Assembly: GCA_900543165.1 (NCBI GenBank)
Contig: UQQQ01000003.1
Coordinates: forward strand, 283 to 64,282
Source: an uncultured Dialister sp.
Lineage (GTDB): Bacteria > Bacillota > Negativicutes > Veillonellales > Dialisteraceae
Length of the DNA: 64,000 bases
Direction of reading: 5' to 3'
Shown: positions 1 to 10,076 of the stretch, piece after piece
Position numbering within the stretch: the first letter of the stretch is position 1
Layout of the letters: each line of letters begins with the position of its first letter
The notes under the pieces: model-generated
What the model was told of the DNA's origin: nothing
Seen by the model: only the letters and a program-made list of their open reading frames with translations
Databases searched by the model: none
Position numbers and translations under genes: made by a program

Positions 1-881
1 GAGAGCGGGCTCGTAAAGCCGCGGCCGATGACGTCGGTGGTATTCATGATGAAGAGAAAGGCGTGCGGGTCGATTTTCTCGATGTAGTGACGGAGCTTCG
101 TGATCTGCGTCAGGTCGACGATGGCGAAGACGATGCGCTTATCCATGCCGGAGAAGGCGCCCTGCCCATAGAGGAGGGTCGCACCGTGGTGAATGTTGCG
201 GAGGATGGCGTCTGCGATCTCAAGTGGCTTGTCAGAAACGATGAAGGCGGCTTTCCGCTGGGCGAAGCCGATGACGAGACGGCTCGATAGATTCGCATTG
301 ATGTACATCGCGATCAGGGTGCAGATGGCGAGCTCCAGGGCAAAGATCCATGCACTGGCCATGACGATCAGGAAGTTCAGCGCAAAGACGACGTAGCCGA
401 TTTCCAGATTGTAGTATTTCTTCAGGATCGCGCCGATGACATCGAGGCCGCCGGTGTTGCTGTTGTAGCGGTAGAGAAGCCCCATGCCAAGGCCAAGGAT
501 GACGCCGCCTGCGATGGCGGCGACGAGCGGCTCTTTCACGGAGGACATGGTGGCAAGCGGCGCGGTGAGGTCGATGAAGACGGAGCAGAGCACGGTGCCT
601 ATGATGGTGATCAGGGTGTAGAATTTCCCCATGAATTTCAGGGCAAGAAGAAGGATCGGGATATTCAGGATGAGGTTTGCGATACCGATGGGGAAACCCG
701 TCAGGTAGTTCAGGATCATCGCGATGCCGGTGAGCCCGCCTGCCAGAAAGTGATGGGGGACGTAGAAGGCATTGATGCCGACGGAGTAGAGAAATGTCCC
801 GACCACAGTGATAGCCAGGATGAAAAATAGCCGCTGCCAGAAAGTGGGGCTTCTGTAGTCAGCCCCCAACGGGGTGTTCAT
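1..881 (-). CDS. YitT/DUF161-DUF2179 family membrane protein. The C-terminal part lies beyond the window start.
   Basis: The reverse-strand ORF begins MNTPLGADYRSPTFWQRLFFILAITVVGTF... and has the multi-TM plus C-terminal DUF2179-like architecture typical of YitT. Its ATG is at 879-881, preceded by AAAGGA. It is absent from the ORF track because it is truncated by the window edge. Confidence 0.7.
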   Translation of the reverse strand, partial: MNTPLGADYRSPTFWQRLFFILAITVVGTFLYSVGINAFYVPHHFLAGGLTGIAMILNYLTGFPIGIANLILNIPILLLALKFMGKFYTLITIIGTVLCSVFIDLTAPLATMSSVKEPLVAAIAGGVILGLGMGLLYRYNSNTGGLDVIGAILKKYYNLEIGYVVFALNFLIVMASAWIFALELAICTLIAMYINANLSSRLVIGFAQRKAAFIVSDKPLEIADAILRNIHHGATLLYGQGAFSGMDKRIVFAIVDLTQITKLRHYIEKIDPHAFLFIMNTTDVIGRGFTSPL

Positions 882-884
882 GAG

Positions 885-1392
885 TGGGTCCTTTCTTTGG
901 AAAATGGAAGCACCAAGGGTGCGGTGAGAAGATTTACATCATATTATAGCATGAGGGGCAAGGCGAGGGGCGTGCCGCCCTTTGATTGCGTGCGAAAACT
1001 TCGCTTGAATGAGAAATTAGAAATGAGAAATGCGAAATGGTAGTGCTTCGCGCCGTCGTCATCTCGAGCGTAGCCGAGAGATCTTCCTTGCAGAACGGTT
1101 AGTGTACCAATTGCGCTATTTCAATCACCGCTTGCTCCTAATCCCTAATCCCTAGCCACTTATCCCTGCTTTCAAACTTGTGGTGGCGGCTTCGCTGCAA
1201 TATATATGGGGCGATGCCCGAAGGTCTGCCAAAAAGCAGGTTTCCCGTTTTGAATTTTCCAAACATTACCCGCTTGACCGCGAATGACAAAGATCGAGGG
1301 CTGCGCTCGGAATGACGATATGAGAAGGCGGCAGTCTGACGTCTCCTAGTCTCCAGTCTCCAGTCACTAGTCACTAGTCACCAGTCACTCAC
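885..1392. repeat. Mosaic intergenic repeat: GAAATTAGAAATGAGAAATGCGAAATGGT module, a partial TCGTCATCTCGAGCG module, and a heptamer array (CTAGTCT/CACTAGT)n at 1343-1392.
   Basis: The same modules recur more than 30 times in this window in both orientations. Confidence 0.8.
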
Positions 1393-1395
1393 CCC

Positions 1396-1460
1396 GAAAA
1401 AAACTTTCCTCTCCCCCCCTGACCCTGTCACTTGTGACAGGGTCAGGGGGAAAAATTTTT
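1396..1460. terminator. Bidirectional intrinsic terminator: perfect 36-nt palindrome CCCCCTGACCCTGTCACTTGTGACAGGGTCAGGGGG flanked by an A-run and a T-run.
   Basis: A GC-rich hairpin with GAAAAAAA upstream and AAAAATTTTT downstream. Confidence 0.7.
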
Positions 1461-1555
1461 GATACAATGTGTACAAGATAGGGGTAGTGTACCCTTTTTT
1501 AGAAAAAGCAGACGGTATTCTGCGTACTGCCTTTTTTCCGATGGAGGATCTTGCC

Positions 1556-3219
1556 ATGAAACGTACCATACAATCGCTATCTCTTAGTCTTTTGACAGCC
1601 CTTCTTTTTTCAGGCAGTGTGAGTGCTGCGCCGGCGCTGCCGCAGCTCGATCCGAAGGGTCCGGCGGTGCAGAAGGTGACAGATCAGGCGTCGCGCATGA
1701 GTGAGACGAACCAGCAGGTGGCATCGTACTATCAGAAGAGCCGCTACCGCACGCTGGATGCGGTGCATTCCTCAGAGGCGGAAGCTGAAAAGGGCGGGCT
1801 TGTCTTTGAAGTGAAGGAAATCCGTGTGACGCCGTCGAAATTTCTTTCCGCAGAGGAGATCCGGAAGGCCATCCATTTCAAAGGCGCAGGGCCTGCCACT
1901 GTGAAAGAGCTGACGGACATGGTGGCCCGCCTGAATGCGCTGTATCAGGAGAAGCATATCGTGACGGCGCAGGCCGTGCTGCCGCCACAGAAGGTACAGG
2001 ACGGCGTGGTCTACATCCGTCTCATTGAAGGGAAATTCGGCAAGACGGTCATCACGGGAAATCAGCGGATTTCCGAGAAGACGCTCCTCTCGCGCATCCA
2101 TGGAAGGATGGGCGAACTGGTGGACGTGGACCGGCTCGAGGATGAGCTCCGCGTGTATAATTCGACGAATACCTATCAGGTGCGGGCAGAGCTGGTGCCG
2201 GGAGAAGAGGAAGGGACCTCCGACCTCCATCTGGTGCTCGAGGAGAAGGAGAATCCGCTGACATCCTTCATTTTCACGGACAATGCGGGGCAGAAAGAGA
2301 GCGGCCGCTACCGCATCGGCGCGTATACGGAGTACCGCGGGATCGGCGGGCATGATGCGAGCCTCGCAGTGAGCCCGGTGTGGACGGAAGGCATCTGGGG
2401 CGGCTCGGTGATGTACGATACGCCATGGGGGCATCACGGGACGCGGGCGCAGATTTCCTATAGCAGAAATCTGGTGGATATCATCGACGGCACCTTCAAG
2501 GACTATGACATGAAGGCAAATTCGAATGACGCGGCGATTTCCATCACGCATCCTGTGAATATCACGCCGCTTTCCCGTGTGGACGTCTTCCTGGAAGGCC
2601 ATCGGAAATGGTCGGATACCACATACTCCGGGATGGAGCTTTCGAATAGCGCGACGCGCACGGTGAAGGCCGGACTGTCAGCGCGGAGCTTCGATGAGAA
2701 CGGGCTGTGGTTCTTCATGACCAGCGTCACCGGCTACGAAAGCGATGACCGCGTGAATGATAAGGATAACAACGGCTCATATATAGCGCCTACCTCATGC
2801 GCCGGCAGAATCTCAAAAATGACCAGTACATGCTCTACCGCCTCTACGGCCAATACACCGCCTTCGAGTCGCTGCCCTCGACGGAGCAGTTCACGCTGGG
2901 CGGCATGGGGAGTGTCCGCGGATACCAGGAAAGTATCCTTTCGGGCGATAAAGGCTGGTTCACCGGTATGGAGTACGGCTTCCCCATCAGCAGTGACCAT
3001 CAGACATGGCGAGGCTTCGTCTTCCTCGACCACGGTGTCGCATATAACAATTTCACCATCAAAACAACGAAGGACTATCTCACGAGCGCGGGCCTCGGTC
3101 TGGAGTGCAGCAAGGGCGGCTGGTATGGTAAGGCCGTCCTCGGCATCCCGCTCAAGGATTCCGGAAATATCGGAGATGCATCGCCGAGAGTGCATTTCTA
3201 TCTGCAGAGGAATGTGTAA
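1556..3219 (+). CDS. TpsB-type two-partner-secretion transporter (ShlB/FhaC/HecB family), frameshifted near 2779-2785.
   Basis: Signal peptide MKRTIQSLSLSLLTALLFSGSVSA, RBS GGAGG, POTRA-like N-terminus and a beta-barrel C-terminus (...GMEYGFPISSDHQTWRGFVFLDHGVAYNNF...VHFYLQRNV). The ORF track splits it into 1469..3247 (frame 2, Ser/Arg junk after ~2790) and 2797..3219 (frame 1). The shift sits at an ATATATA tract. Removing one TA gives a continuous ...NNGSYSAYLMRRQNLKNDQYMLYRLYGQ... Confidence 0.75.
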
Positions 3220-3566
3220 TTTTGAGGGACTGGTGACTGGTGGCTAGTAGCTAGGGATTAGTGGCTAGGGATTAGGTTTGCGATACGAGAAAACCGCTAG
3301 TTTCAAAACTCCGCGGCGCTTCATTATTTTGCGTCGCACCAACCCCTTTGAACCTCTTAAACCTATAGCGATGAGTAGCTAGGGATTAGGGATTGGGGAT
3401 TAAGAGTGACTAGTGACTGGTGACTTGAATACTGCTTTCGGGCATCGCCCCATACATATTCGCGGCGAAGCCGCCACCACAACCCTGAACCCTGAACCCT
3501 GAACCCTGAACCCTTAAACCCTTCAACCGATCTTCATGATCTTTCGACACAAAGGAGGACCATCTT

Positions 3567-5294
3567 ATGAATAAAATCTACAAAGTCGTCTGGAATGCCA
3601 CGCGTGGCTGCTATGTGGTCGCTTCGGAGCTGGTGAAGACGCACCGGGGGAAGAAGAGCGTGCGCCGCGGCGGGAGCATCCTCTCCCGCGCAGGGACGGC
3701 ACTGCTCCTTGCTATCGCAGGCTGGGGCGCGGCTTGCAATTTCATTTACGCAGATGTCAACGTGGCGGATCCGGCTCACACTGGCAAGGTGGATAAGACC
3801 CCGCTCGCAGGCGGCGGCACGCAGTATGACATCTACAACCAGCAGGTCAACAATGGCAGTGCCCTGAACAAGTTCACGGATTTCGGTATCGGACAGAAGG
3901 ACGTGGCGAATCTTCAGCTCGGCTCCTCGGTCGATCGCCAGATCAACCTAGTCAAGAACCGCATCAACATTGATGGCGTGGTGAATGCGATCAAGGATAA
4001 TAAGATCGGCGGGGACGTGTATTTCTTCTCGAATGCAGGCATTATGGTCGGCAAGACTGGCGTATTCAATGTGGGGCGTCTGACGCTGGGGACGAATGCG
4101 GCGTATGGCGAAGCGCTGTACAATGGCGGGATGGAGAAGCATTTGGCGCAGTCCGCTACGGCGCAGGCGAAGGCTGTCGCTGGCGGCAGTGACATCACGC
4201 TTCAGGGGAAGGTCTATGCCCAAGGCGATGTGATCGTGGGCGCAGGCGATGTATCTCTGAACGGTGCGGCTGTACGCACGCATGTGGATAATGCAGGCAC
4301 TTACGCAGCGCAGAAAACCGCCGATGAATATAGAAATCAGCTGGTGAATATCAATACCCCGTCGGCTACGGTCGCCACTGCTCTCGGCAAGGGCGATGTC
4401 GCACTGGCGGCTGTCGGTGTACCGTCGGAAGCGAAATCCTTCGAGACCAAGGGTGCGATCGTCATTGACAAGGCATACATTGACGCGTCAGGCGGTGACA
4501 CGTCGGTCATCGCCAGCGCGGAACGGAATGGCGGGAATCTCATGGGCAGCCAGGCTTCGGCGTCGGTCGATATTTCGAATGCCACCATCAAAGGGCAGCA
4601 TGTAGGCATTGCGGCGAAGACGGAAGTCAGCGGCAAGGTCGGCTCGGCGGATGCGTATAAAACAGCTGCGGAAGAGGATGGTATCCTCGGACTGCTCCAT
4701 GCGACCTTTGATGAACAGGTGGGAAATCTGGCGTCTGTCGTGAAGACGGGCGCAGACTCTCTCGTGACGGTCAAGGATTCGCAGCTCACCGCGGCGGAAG
4801 ACCTTACGATTTCCTCGAAGGTAAAGTCGGAAATTGGCAGTGAGACGGGCGGCGCTCTCGGCGTCGGGATCAATGTCGGCATCGCGGACGTTTCCTCGAA
4901 AGTAGAGATCCAGGGGACAAGTGCGCTCACGGCAGGGAAGGATCTCGCGATTTCTGAGGAAGGCAGTAACGCTATCGATCTCCAGCGGCAGGGCAGCGCG
5001 GAAGATCTTCCCATCGCGATCGATCTTGGCTGGGCGGAAGCGAAGACAGATGCATCCGTCAATGTAGACAAAGAGGCGACGCTGAAGGCGAAAGAAAATG
5101 TAGACGTATCGGCGAAGGCAGAGAGAAATCTCTCCGTCGAGGTCGAGAACAGCAGCGGCGACGGCACGCTGGGCCTCGCGGTCGGCGTCATCCAGTCCGA
5201 GACGAAGGCAACGGCCGATGTGCAGGGCAAAGTCTATGCAAATGGCAAGGTCAGTGTCAGAGAATACGGTATCGGACGAAGATGGGAAGTATGA
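3567..5294 (+). CDS. TpsA adhesin fragment 1/7 (ESPR signal peptide + TPS domain).
   Basis: See the parent feature. RBS AAAGGAGG. Frame 0. Confidence 0.7.
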   Translation: MNKIYKVVWNATRGCYVVASELVKTHRGKKSVRRGGSILSRAGTALLLAIAGWGAACNFIYADVNVADPAHTGKVDKTPLAGGGTQYDIYNQQVNNGSALNKFTDFGIGQKDVANLQLGSSVDRQINLVKNRINIDGVVNAIKDNKIGGDVYFFSNAGIMVGKTGVFNVGRLTLGTNAAYGEALYNGGMEKHLAQSATAQAKAVAGGSDITLQGKVYAQGDVIVGAGDVSLNGAAVRTHVDNAGTYAAQKTADEYRNQLVNINTPSATVATALGKGDVALAAVGVPSEAKSFETKGAIVIDKAYIDASGGDTSVIASAERNGGNLMGSQASASVDISNATIKGQHVGIAAKTEVSGKVGSADAYKTAAEEDGILGLLHATFDEQVGNLASVVKTGADSLVTVKDSQLTAAEDLTISSKVKSEIGSETGGALGVGINVGIADVSSKVEIQGTSALTAGKDLAISEEGSNAIDLQRQGSAEDLPIAIDLGWAEAKTDASVNVDKEATLKAKENVDVSAKAERNLSVEVENSSGDGTLGLAVGVIQSETKATADVQGKVYANGKVSVREYGIGRRWEV

Positions 5295-6243
5295 TCCCGA
5301 TACGCTCCACATCACGAGCGAGAGCGAAAGCGATGATGGCACCAGCTCGGATCCCATTCACGACATCGTGGACGTAGCGATGACCAAGGGCAAGGGCAAC
5401 CAGCTCATGGCGGGCATCAAGAAGCTTTGGGGTGATAAGTCGACGGAGAAGAAGGCGGCAGACGCCGGGACGACCGCGGCTGACCAGATCGCGGCGACGA
5501 GCGCGGGCGGCGGCCTCGGGCTCAATGCTGCGACGGCTTTCCTCTTCAGTGACAACAGCGCGAAGGCGTCCCTTTCGGGTGAAGTGCGCGGCTATGATGG
5601 AGCAAGCGGTGCGGGCGCAGTCGATGTACACGCGGAGACCTTGTCGCGGACGAAGGTGAAGGCAGGTGTCAGCCAGGGTGCGGACAAGAGCGCCGGCATC
5701 GCGGCGGCGGTGAACTACGTCGACCAGAATGACAAGGCCGAAGCCGAACTCGCGGGTGACATCAAGTCCAAGGGCGATGTGAAGGTCAGCGCGGAAACGA
5801 AGCGCCCCTGGCAGTCGAACCTTGAAGGCTTCGGTGAAAATCTTGCGGATGACTTGGCAACCATTTTCGATCCGAATAATGGTTTTGAACTGTCGTGCCT
5901 GACCGACTCTTGGACGCAGACGGTCGGCGCGGGCGAGAAAGTCTCCGGCGCAGCGGCGCTGAACATCATGGAATACAACCACACCGCGAAAGCAACGGTG
6001 AAGAAGGATACGAAGGTAGACATCGATAATGGCAATCTCGATGTCAGCGCGAAGAATGATATCCACACTGTGAATTTCAGCGGCGACATCAAAGCGCCGA
6101 TCGGCGACCAGCCGGGGAGCCTCGATTTTGGGAAGACATTGGAGGAAGTCCTTTCTCCGGCAGCGGGAAAGCCGCATTGGGCGGCGCGGCGCTTACCGTG
6201 CATCAGAAGAATACCGCCGAAGCCACCGTGGAAGATGGCGTGA
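5218..6243 (+). CDS. TpsA adhesin fragment 2/7.
   Basis: Frame 1 continuation (…SDEDGKYDPDTLHITSESESDDGTSSDP…). The shift lies between ~5250 and 5290. Confidence 0.55.
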   Translation: MCRAKSMQMARSVSENTVSDEDGKYDPDTLHITSESESDDGTSSDPIHDIVDVAMTKGKGNQLMAGIKKLWGDKSTEKKAADAGTTAADQIAATSAGGGLGLNAATAFLFSDNSAKASLSGEVRGYDGASGAGAVDVHAETLSRTKVKAGVSQGADKSAGIAAAVNYVDQNDKAEAELAGDIKSKGDVKVSAETKRPWQSNLEGFGENLADDLATIFDPNNGFELSCLTDSWTQTVGAGEKVSGAAALNIMEYNHTAKATVKKDTKVDIDNGNLDVSAKNDIHTVNFSGDIKAPIGDQPGSLDFGKTLEEVLSPAAGKPHWAARRLPCIRRIPPKPPWKMA

Positions 6244-8905
6244 CTGTGACGAAGGCGAAGGATGTCAGCGTCACGGCGGAGAACAAAGGCTCGAATCTTT
6301 CCATGGCGGCTGCGGGCGGCAAGGGGCAGACCGTTGCCATCGACGGGACAGTCAATGTCAACCGTTTCGAAAACACCACCAAAGCCACGGTCGGCAAAGC
6401 GACCATCAACGCAGACGGTGACGTCAGCGTCAGTGCTGAGGACAATAGCAAGACCATCAACATCGGCGGTGCGATCGCTGTCTCCGAACAGGCAGGCATC
6501 GGCGCCACCGTCGCATACAACCACATCGACCGCCAGACAGAAGCATCGCTCCAGGGGAAGGTCACTTCTACGAAAGACGTCTCCGTCACCGCCAAGAACA
6601 CCGGCGCGATCTACGCCATGTCCGCAGCCGGCGGTGTCACCATGGATAGCACCGAGGCGAACGGCGCAGGCAGTACCGGTCTGAAAGCACAGGAAGGTGA
6701 GGACAGCCAGAGCACCTCTTCGATCGGCGAACTGGCAGAAAAACTGCTGAACGCAGGCAAGTCGGACAAAGATAAGAAAGAGATCCAGAAAAGCGACTCC
6801 GCACTGGACACCATCGCAGGAAAAGATGCGTCCATGGGTGAGAACGTCGGCACCGCAAAGGGCGGCTTTGCCACGGCGGCGAATGTCTCCGTGAATCGTA
6901 TCACCGATACGGCGAAGGCGTATACGAAAGGAAATATGGTCACTGCCGATGCGCTCGCCATCCGTTCCGGCAATGACAGTAAGATCACGACAGGCGCGGG
7001 TGCGATCGCCCTCGGCCTCTCGCAGAACAGCAGTGCCATCGCAGGGAGCTTCATGTACAACGCCATCACGGACAAGAATGAAGCCTATGCCGAAGATGCA
7101 GTGCTGACGCTCCAAGGCAGCGAGAAGGAAGACGCTTCCCTCACTGTCGAAGCGGACAACGCGGCGAAGATCACAAATATCGCAGCGAGCGGCAGTGGTG
7201 CGGCAAAGGGCAGCGCCATCGCGGGCCAGATCAGTCTGAACTGGGTGGATAATGAAACCGACGCCCATGTGAAGGGCGGCCGTCTCACTGCGGATGAAGC
7301 GGCGACCATCGCGGCCAAAGACCGCGGCACCATCGACTCCTACACGGGCGCGGTGGCGATTTCCGCTGGCAATAATGGAGCGGCGGTGGGGGCGTCCATC
7401 GCAGCAAACCTCATCGAAGGGGAAACCACCTCTTCGCTCGAAGATACCACAGTGAACAGCGGCGGCGCCCTCTCCGTCACCGCGGATGAGACCAGCCAGA
7501 TCCAGTCCATCGTGGCGGCCTTCTCGGCGAGCGGGAACTGGATCCACACGAAGACGGATGCCCATATTTCCAATGACAATACCATGAAGACAGGGGCGCT
7601 CTCCGTCCTGGCGAAGAATGGAAGCAATGCGACACTCGGCGTCGGCAGTGCGGCTGTCGGAGGAAACTCCGCCGGCGCATCCATCGGCGTTATGGTGAAC
7701 CAGTCGGAAGTCGCAGCTACGCTTACCGGCGATAAAGATAAGAATCATACCATCACCGCGGACGGCATCACTGTACAGGCGGATAATGCGTACAATGGCG
7801 CGGCTTCGGATACAGATGATAAGACTGCTAGGACCGTCGCTGTCGGCTTCGCTGGCGGCACCTCGCAGTTCGCGGGCTCCGGCTCTGTCACGGTGAATGT
7901 CATCGACCAGAAGACCGATGCGACTATCGGCAAGGGCAAGTACGATGCAGGGCGAAAGGCGGCTCAGGTAGGTGCGACAAGCACCGCGAAGCTCTTCGGC
8001 CTCGCGGGCGGCGCGTCCCTCTCCGCGGGAAGCGGTATTGGCGCAGCTGTCGACGTCCAGACCTACAACGGTCACACCTATGCAGGCATCGCCGACGGTG
8101 CGTCCCTGAAAAATGCGTCCTCCGTCACCGTGAATGCGGACTCGAAAGAACACCTGACCTCTGTCGCAGCGCCCCTCGCCGGCGGAGCCGGTACTTTCGC
8201 AGGGGCAGGGGCAGCTGGCGCACACTCCGTCTCGACCGATACGAAAGCGTATTTGGGCCAGAGTGAAGTGACGGAGGCCGGTGATGTCTCTGCCACCGCC
8301 AAGGATGAAACGGAACTGAAAACCGTCGCAGGCAGTGGTGCTGCCAGCGGAAATACCGGTGTCGGTCTCACCGCAGCGGTCGAAGTGGTGAACAAAAAAG
8401 CTAGTGCGATCGTGGGTGACGATGTGAAAGTGACAGGCAGCAGCCTCACCGTGAAAGCAGAAAACACCAGCAGCAGCGTGACCAGTGCTGCCGGTCTCGG
8501 TGCCGGCGGTACGGCAGGTCTTGCCGGAGCGGCATCGGAAACCTTCATGAAGCAGGAAACCGATGCACATGTCGGCAAGAATGCGAAAGTTACCGTCAAG
8601 AAGGGCGCGGAGATTCTTGCCGATTCGAAGTTTACGCAGGGCGCGGCGGCGGGCAGCGTCGGTGCGGCGGGAACGGTCGGCATGGGGCTCACGAATTCCA
8701 CGGTTTCCTTCACGGGAGACACCGCCGCTTATGCGGATGAGAACGCGGTTATCGATGGCGGGGAAAAAGTCAATATTTCCGCAACCCAGCTGACGAAGGT
8801 AGACTATGGCACGGTCGCGGGCGCGGTGGGCGGCACGGCGTCTCTCTCCGGCACCGTGGGTGTCAATGCGCTGAAGACGACCACGAAAGCCTATGCAGCA
8901 GCCAG
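6177..8905 (+). CDS. TpsA adhesin fragment 3/7.
   Basis: Frame 0 (…AALGGAALTVHQKNTAEATVEDGVTV…). Protein-like text ends near 8905, and the track ORF runs on into junk until 9035. Confidence 0.55.
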
Positions 8906-10074
8906 CTCTCGGCGAAGACAGCAAACGCAGAAGGGATCGCGGTCACGGCCAGCGATGAGACAACGCTCAAAGGTGACAATGGCGGCGTGTCCATCGGCAT
9001 TTCCGGTGGAAGCGCGGGTGCAGCCATCGGCGTGACGAATATTTCCAAAGATACAGAAGCCTTCCTGGGCGGAAGAGCCGCTATTGATACCGCGGGGAAG
9101 ACGAAGATTTCCGCGAAGAATCAGGAAAGCTTCGTGAATGTCACCGTGCAGGCTGCCGGCGGGCTCTATGCCGGCCTTGCGGGCGCAGTGAATGTGACGA
9201 ATCTCTCCGCTGTCACCAAGGCGTACACGGGAGATGACGTTTCTTTCAATCAGGCAGATAAAAAAGGCAGCGATGTCACGGTCGAGGCGAAGCACAATAT
9301 TGACAAGATGACGAGCGCGGTCGCAGGCGCGGCGGTCGGTGCAGGAGCACTGGGGGCGGCGGTAGATATCGGTACGATTCGCACGCAGACGAATGCGTTC
9401 CTGGGGGAAAATAACAAGCTCCACACGGATGGCGCGCTGGTGATCGATGCGGCGGATCACATGGAAGGCATTTCCACGAATGCCATCGCGGCAGCCGTGG
9501 GTGGATTCGGTGTCGCAGGCAGCGTCTCGGTGTACAACTTCTGCAGTATCATGAGTGACAGCGATATTGCCATGCTCTCGGGCAAGACCAGCAAGGATGG
9601 CGGCGAAAGCTCCATGGACGACTGGGTGAATGGCGAAATCAACAAGTCCCAGACGGGCAATGCCATGGGTGTGTACCAGACAGATGCGCTTACGGATGTG
9701 AAAAATAAACTGGAAACGAAATTCCAAAGCGAGACGCCGGATATGGGTGAGAAAGGGACGCTCGCCCAGATCGGGAACGGCAGCACTGTCACGGCAGACA
9801 ACGTCCGGATCAAGGCGGATGATAAGCTCTCCGTCTCGAACCTCATGGGCAATGTCAGCGCAGGCGGCAGCGCGGCGGGCATCTCGGTCAATGTCGTCCG
9901 CACGGATACCTTGACGCAGGCGAAGACGGGAGAGAACTCTTCTATCCGGTCGGTGGGAGATGTCCAGATTTCTGCGGGCTCTGACCATCAGATGAAAAGT
10001 GACATCGTCGGCGCGTCCCTCTCCGGCGGTATCTCCGCTCAGGGGACGGAAGAGACCTGGATGGACAAGAGCAT
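8906..10074 (+). CDS. TpsA adhesin fragment 4/7.
   Basis: Frame 2 (…QLSAKTANAEGIAVTASDETTLKGDNGGVSIGISGG…). It ends at the 7-bp duplication at 10068-10081. Confidence 0.55.
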
Positions 10075-10076
10075 AG

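Noticed and set aside
1459-1490. Sigma70 promoter for tpsB around TTGATA (1459-1464).
   Set aside because: No acceptable -10 hexamer at 16-19 nt spacing. Left uncalled.
3230-3530. Telomere-like (GGGATTA)n / (AACCCTG)n tracts as functional telomeres or eukaryotic contamination.
   Set aside because: The tracts are short (3-5 units), embedded in the bacterial mosaic repeat family, and occur dozens of times between bacterial genes on a contiguous prokaryote-like sequence.
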